Source: Clostridia bacterium (GTDB lineage Bacteria; Bacillota; Clostridia; Oscillospirales; CAG-272). Taken from it: DNA of 64,000 nt. This document shows positions 27,303 to 35,852 of the stretch, piece by piece. The notes under the pieces were generated by a model. It saw nothing but the letters and a program-made list of their open reading frames with translations. It was not told the origin of the DNA and made no database searches. Made by a program: the position numbers and the translations under genes. Where the stretch lies: NCBI GenBank assembly GCA_017504625.1, contig JAFVQU010000016.1, positions 9,129 through 73,128 on the forward strand, read 5' to 3'. Each line of letters opens with the position of its first letter. Position 1 is the first letter of the stretch.

Positions 27303-28808
27303 ATGGAAGAGAAAAAAAGGCTGACGCTTGATTACGGCGAAAACGTCAAAATCATTGACGGGATTTTGCACACCGATAAAAATTTTGACCTTATAAAAAA
27401 GGTGGTGACGGTCGGCTCTGACGAGCTGACATTATACTACGTTGACGGCTTCGTCAAGGACGGCGTGATGAGTAAAATGATAACCTATCTTTACTCGCTG
27501 AAGGGGCTTGGAGCAAGTCAGGACGGCACGGTCAAGAGGGGAGAGGGCAGAGGAGAGAAAAAGGGAGAAAATAGCTCTCCGCGCCGCGCGACAGAGGATT
27601 TTGTAAACGCGCATATCCCTTACGTTGAAAGCACTTTCACCGATGACCTTGACCTTATGATACAGATGGTCTTGTCGGGCGCGAGCCTGATGCTCGGTTC
27701 GACCTTTGGTGACTATGCGGTGATAGTTGACGCGCGGACTTATCCCGCGCGCGAGACGGGCGAGCCCGAGGGCGACAAGGTCATGCGAGGGGCGCGTGAC
27801 GGCTTCGTTGAAACGCTTATCTTCAACACCGCGCTGATACGCCGCCGCGTGCGTGATCCCGCGCTTAGAATGTCGTATCTCACCGTGGGCGAGAGGTCGA
27901 AAACCGACGTCGTTGTCTGCTATATGAGCGACCGCGCCGACCTTGATTACGTCAAAAAGCTCGAGGGAAAGCTCAAAAGCATCAAGACCGAGGCGCTTAC
28001 GATGGGACACGCCTCGCTCGCCGAGTGTCTGATACGGAAAAGGTGGTATAATCCCTTCCCGAAGATAAGGTACACCGAGCGTCCCGATTCTGCGGCGGCG
28101 CAGCTGCTTGAGGGAAGCGTGCTTATAATTTGCGACAACTCGCCTGACGTTATGGTGCTTCCGTCCTCGATATTTGACTTTATGCAGGAAACCAACGACT
28201 TTTATTTTCCGCCGCTGACGGGAACCTATATAAGACTTGTGCGCTATATTGTCTTTGCCCTTGCGCTGTATATGGTTCCGCTTTGGTTATTGCTTGTCAG
28301 TAACGAGCAATTCGTTCCTGGGTGGCTATCCTTTATAGTCCCCGAGGAGTATGGAAAAATCCCCTTGCTCGCGCAGATACTGATAGCCGAATTCATCATC
28401 GACGGACTTCGTATGGCATCGCTCAACACGCCGAATATGCTCTCGAATTCGCTATCGGTGGTGGGCGGCTTGATACTTGGCGATTTTGCCGTCGACATCG
28501 GGTGGCTTATCCCCGAGGTCATACTCTATATGGCTTTCGTGGCTATCGCGAACTTCACGCAGAGGAGCTACGAGCTTGGCTACGCGATAAAATTTATGCG
28601 GATTTTACTGACCGTGCTGACGGCAATATTCGGTCTGTGGGGCTTTGTCGGCGGCAGTGCGCTCATCTTCCTGCTCGTTGCGACAAACCGCACGGTAAAC
28701 GGCGAGAGAAAATACCTCTATCCCTTAATTCCTTTTAATTTCAAGGCTTTTATGTCGTTGTTCTTCAGAGTTAAAAAGTACGACGTCGATGCCAAAAGTG
28801 AGAAATGA
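27303..28808 (+). CDS. GerA-family spore germination protein (GerAA/SpoVAF-like)
   Basis: Soluble N-terminal domain (LYYVDGFVKDG, IRRRVRDP) plus a 4-5 TM C-terminal domain typical of GerAA/SpoVAF. No adjacent GerAB/GerAC genes. Confidence 0.75.
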   Translation: MEEKKRLTLDYGENVKIIDGILHTDKNFDLIKKVVTVGSDELTLYYVDGFVKDGVMSKMITYLYSLKGLGASQDGTVKRGEGRGEKKGENSSPRRATEDFVNAHIPYVESTFTDDLDLMIQMVLSGASLMLGSTFGDYAVIVDARTYPARETGEPEGDKVMRGARDGFVETLIFNTALIRRRVRDPALRMSYLTVGERSKTDVVVCYMSDRADLDYVKKLEGKLKSIKTEALTMGHASLAECLIRKRWYNPFPKIRYTERPDSAAAQLLEGSVLIICDNSPDVMVLPSSIFDFMQETNDFYFPPLTGTYIRLVRYIVFALALYMVPLWLLLVSNEQFVPGWLSFIVPEEYGKIPLLAQILIAEFIIDGLRMASLNTPNMLSNSLSVVGGLILGDFAVDIGWLIPEVILYMAFVAIANFTQRSYELGYAIKFMRILLTVLTAIFGLWGFVGGSALIFLLVATNRTVNGERKYLYPLIPFNFKAFMSLFFRVKKYDVDAKSEK

Positions 28809-28848
28809 CCTTGCGGCGCGGCGGAATAGTCAATCTTTCCCGCCGTAT

Positions 28849-28945
28849 CTGCTCAAAAACAGGAGAGCCTGATACTTTGCACCTGCTCAAAAACAGGAGA
28901 GCCTGATGCTTTGCACCTGTTCAAAAATAGAAGATCTTGATATTT
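28849..28945. repeat. 34-bp tandem repeat, about 2.8 copies
   Basis: CTGCTCAAAAACAGGAGAGCCTGATACTTTGCAC at 28849 and 28883 (1 mismatch), plus a degenerate third copy from 28917. Confidence 0.85.
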
Positions 28946-28971
28946 GGGCGCGGTTTAGACGCGCCCTTTTT
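28946..28971 (+). terminator. Rho-independent terminator
   Basis: GGGCGCG-gtttaga-CGCGCCC followed by T5. Confidence 0.75.
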
Positions 28972-29148
28972 GTATGTCATGCCGAAGCGGACTATTCCCA
29001 ATTGGAAATAATTGTATTAAATTGAAATTAATTGTAAAAGTCACTCGCGCGACATAAAAAAGGGTTAGAAAGAGGGGCGTGATAGGGGAAAATACGAAAA
29101 AAGATTATAAAAACTGAACGATTTTTGGGGCGAATTTGAAATACCCCC

Positions 29149-29177
29149 TTGATAACTCAGATTTAATATATTATAAT
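29149..29177 (+). promoter_or_regulatory. Promoter of the mraZ/dcw operon
   Basis: TTGATA, 17 nt, TATAAT. It leaves a roughly 190-nt leader before mraZ. Confidence 0.6.
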
Positions 29178-29187
29178 AAGCTTACGA

Positions 29188-29228
29188 AAAGTGGAGCGAA
29201 ATGGAGCGTTGTGGTGCAAGAGTGCATA
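29188..29228 (+). promoter_or_regulatory. Putative MraZ operator (10-bp-periodic GTGG-type direct repeats)
   Basis: AAAGTGGAGCG / AAATGGAGCG / TTGTGGTGCA / AGAGTGCA. The (G/A)TGG cores at 29191, 29201 and 29211, plus a weaker AGTG core at 29221, sit immediately downstream of the -10. Confidence 0.55.
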
Positions 29229-29370
29229 GCTTTTCCATGAAAACGGCGCATCATACCACAAAAAAGGCGGACAAGACCGCAACAAAAAACAACGTGACCG
29301 CGAAAGCGGCTTGATATACAGAGAAAAACAACACACAGAGAAAAATTCAAGCGAAAGGAGAAGCTCTTTT

Positions 29371-29793
29371 ATGTTCACGGGAGAGTACGCGCACAGCGTC
29401 GATAGTAAAAACCGAATATTCGTGCCCGCAAAGTTCAGGGAAGAGCTTGGCGAGACCTTTATCATCGTCCGCGATATCCGCAACAGGATGCTCAAGGCTT
29501 ATTCGCTTGAGGGCTGGAAGGAGTATATGGCTCCTATTCTCGAAAAAGACCGCAAGGTTTCCGAGAAAACGATAAGATCTCTTCACAGAAACGCCCTTCA
29601 GGCAAGTCCCGACTCGCAGGGAAGGATAGTACTGACAAAGGAGCTTCTGGCTTACGCCGAGATATCCAAGGAGGCGGTCATCGTCGGATGCAGCTCCTAC
29701 GTTGAGATCTGGTCGGCAGAAAATTACGCGCGTGAGATCGAGCAAGAGGACATCGACGAGATCAGACGCGAGCTTGAAATGTACGGACTGTAA
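29371..29793 (+). CDS. mraZ: Division/cell wall cluster transcriptional regulator MraZ
   Basis: MFTGEYAHSVDSKNRIFVPAKFRE and a second SpoVT-AbrB repeat. ATG 29371 follows AAAGGAG. Confidence 0.95.
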   Translation: MFTGEYAHSVDSKNRIFVPAKFREELGETFIIVRDIRNRMLKAYSLEGWKEYMAPILEKDRKVSEKTIRSLHRNALQASPDSQGRIVLTKELLAYAEISKEAVIVGCSSYVEIWSAENYAREIEQEDIDEIRRELEMYGL

Positions 29794-29805
29794 CAGAGGT
29801 GCGAT

Positions 29806-30753
29806 ATGTCGGAAAAGATCAATTTTTCGCACCGCTCGGTCTTGCTTGACGAGTGCATCGAGGGGCTTAACATCAAGCCCGACGGCATTTACGTTGACGG
29901 CACGGCGGGCGGCGGAGGACATTCCTACCACATAGCAGAGCGGCTTACGGGCGGAGGCAGACTTATCGCAATCGACCGTGACGACGCGGCGATAGCGGCG
30001 GCGGGCGAGCGACTTTCCCCCTTTGCCGACAGAGTTACTATCGTCAGAAACAACTTTTCGTCGATTGCCGACGTTTGTATGATGCTTGGCGTGGACAAGA
30101 TCGACGGAGTTTTGCTTGACCTTGGAGTGTCGTCATACCAGCTTGACACGGCAGAGCGAGGCTTTACGCACAACGCGGACGCGCCTCTTGATATGAGAAT
30201 GGATCGCCGCGGCGAGCTTGACGCCTTCACCGTGGTAAACACGTACAGCTTTGATCAGCTTAAAAAGGTCATTTACAACTACGGAGAAGAAAGATTTGCC
30301 CCGAAAATTGCGTCTGCTATCGTAAATAGACGCGAAAAGGAGCTTATAAAGACGACGGGAGAGCTTGTTGATATAATCAAGAGCGCAATTCCCGCTGCCG
30401 CGCGCGAGGGCGGTCATCACCCCGCAAAGAGAACCTTCCAGGCAATAAGAATAGAGGTCAACGGCGAGCTTGACGCTATTGAGCCGACGATAAGATCGGC
30501 AACCAAGCTGCTCGCGCCCGGCGGAAGAATAGCGATCATCACATTCCACTCGCTTGAGGATAGAATTGTAAAGCAGACCTATGCAGAGCTTGCGAAGGGT
30601 TGCGACTGTCCCAAGAGCCTTCCTATCTGCGTTTGCGGTAAGAAGCCCGAGGTCGATGTGCTTACGAGAAAGCCTATCCTCCCGAGTGCCGAGGAAATTG
30701 AGAGCAATCCGCGCTCAAGAAGCGCAAAGCTTCGCATAGCGGAGAAAAAATAA
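29806..30753 (+). CDS. rsmH: 16S rRNA (cytosine1402-N4)-methyltransferase
   Basis: HRSVLLDE, YVDGTAGGGGHS, DLGVSSYQLD, FHSLEDR. Confidence 0.95.
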   Translation: MSEKINFSHRSVLLDECIEGLNIKPDGIYVDGTAGGGGHSYHIAERLTGGGRLIAIDRDDAAIAAAGERLSPFADRVTIVRNNFSSIADVCMMLGVDKIDGVLLDLGVSSYQLDTAERGFTHNADAPLDMRMDRRGELDAFTVVNTYSFDQLKKVIYNYGEERFAPKIASAIVNRREKELIKTTGELVDIIKSAIPAAAREGGHHPAKRTFQAIRIEVNGELDAIEPTIRSATKLLAPGGRIAIITFHSLEDRIVKQTYAELAKGCDCPKSLPICVCGKKPEVDVLTRKPILPSAEEIESNPRSRSAKLRIAEKK

Positions 30754-30855
30754 AAATCAGACGCTTTGGAAAGCGCAGGGCTTTTCATAGCGGAGAAATA
30801 AACTAAGCCCTTAAGGAAAAGTCCTTGAGAGCAAAAGGAAAGAGAGGGGATGTCG

Positions 30856-31755
30856 ATGAAAAAAACGGTGGTAAGACGCGTCGTGCGCGCATCTGAGCCG
30901 ATTATCGGAAGCTCGGCGACGGCGGGCGTTGACGTAAGCAATCTTTATATCGACATGCTCTGCGAAAGATTTAAATGTCGCGGAATAAGGCGCGTCGGCG
31001 ACGACAAAAAGAGTAAAAGGGACGCGCGAGCGTATGCGGGACTTGGGCTTATCAGTGAGACGGTATCGCCCTACGATCCCAAGTACAGAAGCTTGAAGGT
31101 AGACGGCAGACCGTGCATGAGCAGTGACGATTTCGCCGCATACTATAAAGACCTCAGAGGGTACAAGCTACCTAAATACCTCTCCCGAGATCCTCGGGAG
31201 TACGGCGAGGACGGGCAATTGGCGGACGTGCAGGAATCGGGTAAATCGCCAAAAAAAGCTCTGTGGCTTGCCGTAAGGGGCGCAGTTAAGCAAAAAGCAA
31301 AAAAACTGGCATCGTGTGTGAGGATGTCAGAGCTTGAACGGCTTGCCGCCGCGTGGTTTCCGCCTGACAAGAAGGAAAACCGTGTAAGCGGCAGAAAAAA
31401 CAGAATGCCACGCGGAGTCATTTCTGTTTTAGCGGTCGTGACGCTGTCGCTGTTGCTTATCGTATGCAGCTCGGTTATGGTAAGCCGAAGCTCAAGTGAG
31501 GTCAGTAAGCTTGAATATAGGATCGAGCTTCTCGAGGGCCAGAGAAACGATCTTTATACAAAGCTTGAGGTGAAAAATGATCTTCTTGAAATACAGAGGA
31601 TCGCGGTTGAAGAATACGGCATGATAAGCGGAGATTATGCCGCGTCAAGATACGTCGACGTCACCGACGGTGAGGTGATACAAAATTACGACGCATCTGA
31701 GGGCAAGGACAGTCTGATAGTAAGGTTACTTAAGGCTATCGGATTTGGAAATTGA
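30856..31755 (+). CDS. FtsL-like cell division protein with long N-terminal extension
   Basis: Position between rsmH and the PBP gene. A single TM (VISVLAVVTLSLLLIV) is followed by a coiled coil (KLEYRIELLEGQRNDLYTKLE). The roughly 185-aa basic N-terminal region is atypical. Confidence 0.6.
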   Translation: MKKTVVRRVVRASEPIIGSSATAGVDVSNLYIDMLCERFKCRGIRRVGDDKKSKRDARAYAGLGLISETVSPYDPKYRSLKVDGRPCMSSDDFAAYYKDLRGYKLPKYLSRDPREYGEDGQLADVQESGKSPKKALWLAVRGAVKQKAKKLASCVRMSELERLAAAWFPPDKKENRVSGRKNRMPRGVISVLAVVTLSLLLIVCSSVMVSRSSSEVSKLEYRIELLEGQRNDLYTKLEVKNDLLEIQRIAVEEYGMISGDYAASRYVDVTDGEVIQNYDASEGKDSLIVRLLKAIGFGN

Positions 31756-31936
31756 CTTCGACCGCATAAGAGAATGGCAGAACTCCGACACGGTGTTGGC
31801 TTGATCATACGGCATTTTGCCACGGTCGGCATACCGCAAGGAGCTCTGCCATCTTTGTATCTTGAAGCGAATACTTTGAGAATAAAACGCATAATATTTT
31901 ACGTATTATAAAAAAATTCGGTCGGGGAGGGATAGT

Positions 31937-34243
31937 ATGGAAGGCGGAACGCCAAGCCAAAAGGTGCGCAAAAGAGCAGGTATCATCTGCATTGTTATGA
32001 CCTTACTTTTTATTCTCCTTGCCGCAAAAATTTTATTTATTCAGACGGTAAATTACGAAGAGTACGAGCAAAAGGTGCTTGATCAGATGACTCAGCAGAC
32101 CTGGGTGAGCGCAAACCGAGGAAACATTTACGACACCAACGGCGTCGTGATCGCGACGAACATCACCACCTACCGTCTTTTCCTTGATCCTGCCGCAATA
32201 CAGCGCAAAAGCAAGGATGACGGAGTTGACTACGCAAAAATAATTGCCGCGGGAGTTTCGGCTATCGACGGGCTTGAGCTTGGCTACGACGAGATAATCG
32301 AGCAGGCGGGCTACACGAAATACCGCGACAGAACGCTAAAGCGTCACATTTCCGAGGAGCTTGCCGACGCGGTAAGGCTTTTCCTTGAGGAGAGCGAGCT
32401 TGACGACATGGCGCTCTTGCATCTTCAGGCGACGAGCAAGAGATATTACCCCTACGATACGCTTGCCTGCCACGTGCTTGGCTTTACGGGAAGCGACGGT
32501 CAGGGACTTTACGGACTTGAATACCAATACGACGAGGTGCTGAGCGGTACCGACGGACAGTATATCGGAGCGAAGGACTCGTTTGGTAATGAAATGGTAT
32601 ACGATTATGAAAGCTATATCCCCGCTATCGACGGATATAATATCACGACGACTATCGACGTGTATATCCAGGCGGAGCTTGAGGAGCAGCTTCAGACTAC
32701 ATATATAGAATCGGGCGGAAAGAACCGCGCGTGCGGAATCGTTATGGATACCGAGACCGGCGCGATACTTGCTATGGCGGTCTACCCGAATTACGATCTC
32801 AATAACCCTTCGGAGCTTAATTACGAGGCTTTATCCCGACTTAACTCAAGCGGACTTATTGAGGGTAGCGACGAATATATTGCTTACCGCCAGCAGCTTA
32901 TGCTTGAAACCTGGTCAAATAAGGCGATAAACGAGATGTATTACCCCGGCTCGACCTTCAAGGTCATAACCGCGGCTATGGCTTACGAGGAAAACCTTGT
33001 GAGCGAGACCGAGACCTTTAACTGTCCCGGATACCATTACGTCAGCGGACAGAAGATACATTGCCACAATCATAAGGGACACGGTACGGTGACCTTTGCG
33101 CGCGGACTTCAGCAATCCTGTAACCCCGTGCTTATGATGATGGGTGAGCGCATCGGCGCTGAGAGATACCTCGATTATTTCTCGTCCTTCGGCTATTTTG
33201 AGAAGAGCGGAATTGACATTTCGGGCGAGAGCGTGACAAGCAAGGGCGTTACCTTCTGGAGCGAGCAGGATTTTCTTAATTCCGCGCAGACTCCGCTTAA
33301 CCTTGCGGTCGCATCCTTTGGACAGAACTTTAAAATTTCCCCCGTGGCGCATCTTACCGCGATAAACGCGGTCGCCAACGGCGGCTACCTCGTTACTCCT
33401 CATTTTATCAAGGAGATAACCGATAACGAGGGCAACGTTATTTATTCATATGAAAACACGGTTCGCCGTCAGGTAATCAGCGAGGATACCTCAAAAAAGG
33501 TATCTGCCGTGCTTGAGGACGGCGTTTCGGGTGACGGAGGCGCGAAAAACGCCTACGTTGCGGGATACAAGATCGCCGCAAAGACGGGAACGAGTGAGAA
33601 AAAGGACACAAAGAGCCCTTATACCGACACTCCCTACGTTTGTTCGACGGTAGCCTACGCGCCCGCCGACGATCCCAAGATCACCGCGCTCATCCTCGTT
33701 GACGAGCCGACCGAGGGCGTTCTCTACGCGAGTACGATAGCCGCGCCTTATATAGCTAATCTCTTTGAGGAGGTCTTGCCATATTACGGCGTTGAGGCGG
33801 AGTATACCGAGGAGGAGCTTGCAAAGCTGGCGATAAGCTCGCCTATGCTTGTCGCGGCAAGAGTTGAAACGGCGAAAAACCTTGCCGAGCTTCTCGGCTT
33901 TGAGGTCGAGATCGTCGGCGACGGCGAATACGTAAAGGCTCAGTCGCCCGCGACGGGAGAGCTTGTTGAGCCCGGAAGCGCAAAGATAATACTTTACACC
34001 ACCGATAAAGCGGTAAATGAAAAGAAGATGGTCACGGTCCCCTCGCTCACGGGTATGACGGCGGTCGCCGCGAACGGAACCTTGACGAATTTGGGACTTA
34101 ACATCAGAATTTCGGGAACTAAAAATTATATGTCGGGCAAGGGCGCGCAAGTCGTGGAGCAGAGCCCCGCGGCAGGTACGCTCGTTGAGGAGGGCAGCGT
34201 TGTAAACGTGACCTTCAGATACCTTGACGACGATGACAGATAA
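31937..34243 (+). CDS. Class B penicillin-binding protein (FtsI/PBP2B/SpoVD-like) with PASTA domains
   Basis: N-terminal TM, PBP dimerisation region, STFK, SCN and KTGT motifs, two C-terminal PASTA-like repeats. Confidence 0.9.
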   Translation: MEGGTPSQKVRKRAGIICIVMTLLFILLAAKILFIQTVNYEEYEQKVLDQMTQQTWVSANRGNIYDTNGVVIATNITTYRLFLDPAAIQRKSKDDGVDYAKIIAAGVSAIDGLELGYDEIIEQAGYTKYRDRTLKRHISEELADAVRLFLEESELDDMALLHLQATSKRYYPYDTLACHVLGFTGSDGQGLYGLEYQYDEVLSGTDGQYIGAKDSFGNEMVYDYESYIPAIDGYNITTTIDVYIQAELEEQLQTTYIESGGKNRACGIVMDTETGAILAMAVYPNYDLNNPSELNYEALSRLNSSGLIEGSDEYIAYRQQLMLETWSNKAINEMYYPGSTFKVITAAMAYEENLVSETETFNCPGYHYVSGQKIHCHNHKGHGTVTFARGLQQSCNPVLMMMGERIGAERYLDYFSSFGYFEKSGIDISGESVTSKGVTFWSEQDFLNSAQTPLNLAVASFGQNFKISPVAHLTAINAVANGGYLVTPHFIKEITDNEGNVIYSYENTVRRQVISEDTSKKVSAVLEDGVSGDGGAKNAYVAGYKIAAKTGTSEKKDTKSPYTDTPYVCSTVAYAPADDPKITALILVDEPTEGVLYASTIAAPYIANLFEEVLPYYGVEAEYTEEELAKLAISSPMLVAARVETAKNLAELLGFEVEIVGDGEYVKAQSPATGELVEPGSAKIILYTTDKAVNEKKMVTVPSLTGMTAVAANGTLTNLGLNIRISGTKNYMSGKGAQVVEQSPAAGTLVEEGSVVNVTFRYLDDDDR

Positions 34244-34323
34244 AAGAAAATAAGATTATAACGGATATTCGACTCCGATGAAAAATATACTTGTACAAAG
34301 ATTATTTTTCGGAGGATTAGGAT

Positions 34324-35832
34324 ATGCTTTTGAGTGAGATTTTGAGCCGCGCGGGTATTGATTTTGTGCCGACGCGCGACGTCACGGTGACGAGTATAGT
34401 GCCCGATTCAAGACGGGCGGAAAAAAATTGCCTTTATATTGCGATAGAAGGACTGCACAGCGACGGGCACGCCTATATTGGCGAGGCGGTGGCAAGGGGC
34501 GCGTGTGCGGTCGTTGTGTCAAGTGCCGCCATGCATGACGGCAGATTTGACGTGGGAAAGTACTCCGATACGCAGATAATTACGGTTGAGGACTGCCGAG
34601 AGGCGTCGGCAAGACTTTTTTCGGCGTTTTACGGCAATCCGCAGGATGAAATGACACTCATCGGAGTCACGGGAACGAACGGAAAGACCTCGGTATCACG
34701 CATACTTTACGAGATCGTAACACGCTCGGGCGAGGCGTGCGGTCTTATCGGAACGGCGGGGTGTATCTGCCGTGGCGAGAAAATTGACGTCAAGTCACGG
34801 GATGAGCTTGCCAATATGACGACTCCCGATCCTGAGGAATTATACAAAATCCTCGCGATCATGCGTGATATGGGAGCGAAATACGTTATTATGGAGGTCA
34901 CGAGCCACGCGCTCGCGCTAAATAAGGTCGCTCCGATATGCTTTGAGCTTGCCGTCTTTACAAATCTCAGTGAGGATCACCTTGATTTTCACGGCGATAT
35001 GGAGAGCTACTATCAAGCCAAGAAAAAGCTTTTCGCACAAAGCAAAGCGGCTATAATCAACTGTGACGACAGATACGGCAGACGGCTCAAGGACGAGATC
35101 GTGATACCGAGATATACCTGCTCGGCGGAGGATCGCGCCGTCGACGCGCTTGCGACCGATATAAGATACAGGGACGAATGCGCGATAGAATATAAGCTCG
35201 TGTCACACTCGGTCAGATTGCGGATCCGCACGGTTCTTCAAGGAAAATTCAACGTGATGAACACGCTTGAGGCGGCGTTTGCCGCGATAAAGCTTGGAAT
35301 TTCACCGATCAGCGTGAAGGAATCGCTTGCTGGATTCAAGGGAGTTGACGGACGGCTTGAGCGCGTGAAAATAAACAAAAGAGCCGAGATTTCGGTATAT
35401 ATAGACTACGCGCATACACCCGACGCGCTTGAAAATCTGCTTTGCGCCGCGCATTCGATGCGACACAGGGGACAGAGAATAGTGCTTTTGTTCGGCTGCG
35501 GCGGAGAGCGAGAGAGAGAAAAGCGCGCTATGATGGGAAAAATAGCTTCTTCGATGGCGGATTTCGTCATCGTGACCTCGGACAACAGTCGAAGTGAGGA
35601 TCCGTCGGACATTATCGGTGAGATCGTGTCGGGAATTGACGGTGACGGACATTTTACGGTCATCGAGGACAGATACGAGGCTATCGAATACGCGATAAAG
35701 AACGCAAGGCGGGGGGATCTGATCTTCCTTGCGGGCAAGGGACACGAAAATTACGAAATAAATAAAGACGGCAGGAGAGATTTCTGCGAAAAGGATATAG
35801 TTTGCTCGCTCGCCGACAAATATTACGGATAG
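34324..35832 (+). CDS. murE: UDP-N-acetylmuramoyl-L-alanyl-D-glutamate--diamino acid ligase (MurE)
   Basis: GVTGTNGKTS P-loop and Mur ligase domains. It has DNSR where mDAP-type enzymes have DNPR, so substrate specificity is uncertain. Confidence 0.9.
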   Translation: MLLSEILSRAGIDFVPTRDVTVTSIVPDSRRAEKNCLYIAIEGLHSDGHAYIGEAVARGACAVVVSSAAMHDGRFDVGKYSDTQIITVEDCREASARLFSAFYGNPQDEMTLIGVTGTNGKTSVSRILYEIVTRSGEACGLIGTAGCICRGEKIDVKSRDELANMTTPDPEELYKILAIMRDMGAKYVIMEVTSHALALNKVAPICFELAVFTNLSEDHLDFHGDMESYYQAKKKLFAQSKAAIINCDDRYGRRLKDEIVIPRYTCSAEDRAVDALATDIRYRDECAIEYKLVSHSVRLRIRTVLQGKFNVMNTLEAAFAAIKLGISPISVKESLAGFKGVDGRLERVKINKRAEISVYIDYAHTPDALENLLCAAHSMRHRGQRIVLLFGCGGEREREKRAMMGKIASSMADFVIVTSDNSRSEDPSDIIGEIVSGIDGDGHFTVIEDRYEAIEYAIKNARRGDLIFLAGKGHENYEINKDGRRDFCEKDIVCSLADKYYG

Positions 35833-35852
35833 GGCGACGGGAAGGATGACCG

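Noticed and set aside
28849-28945. Possible CRISPR array
   Set aside because: These are contiguous 34-bp tandem units with no unique spacers, only about 2.8 copies, and no cas genes in the window.
28905-29024. 39-codon ORF starting at the ATG inside the second 34-bp repeat (MLCTCSKIEDLD...)
   Set aside because: It runs straight through the rho-independent terminator at 28946-28971, so it probably exists only by chance from the SD-like AGGAGA in the repeat.
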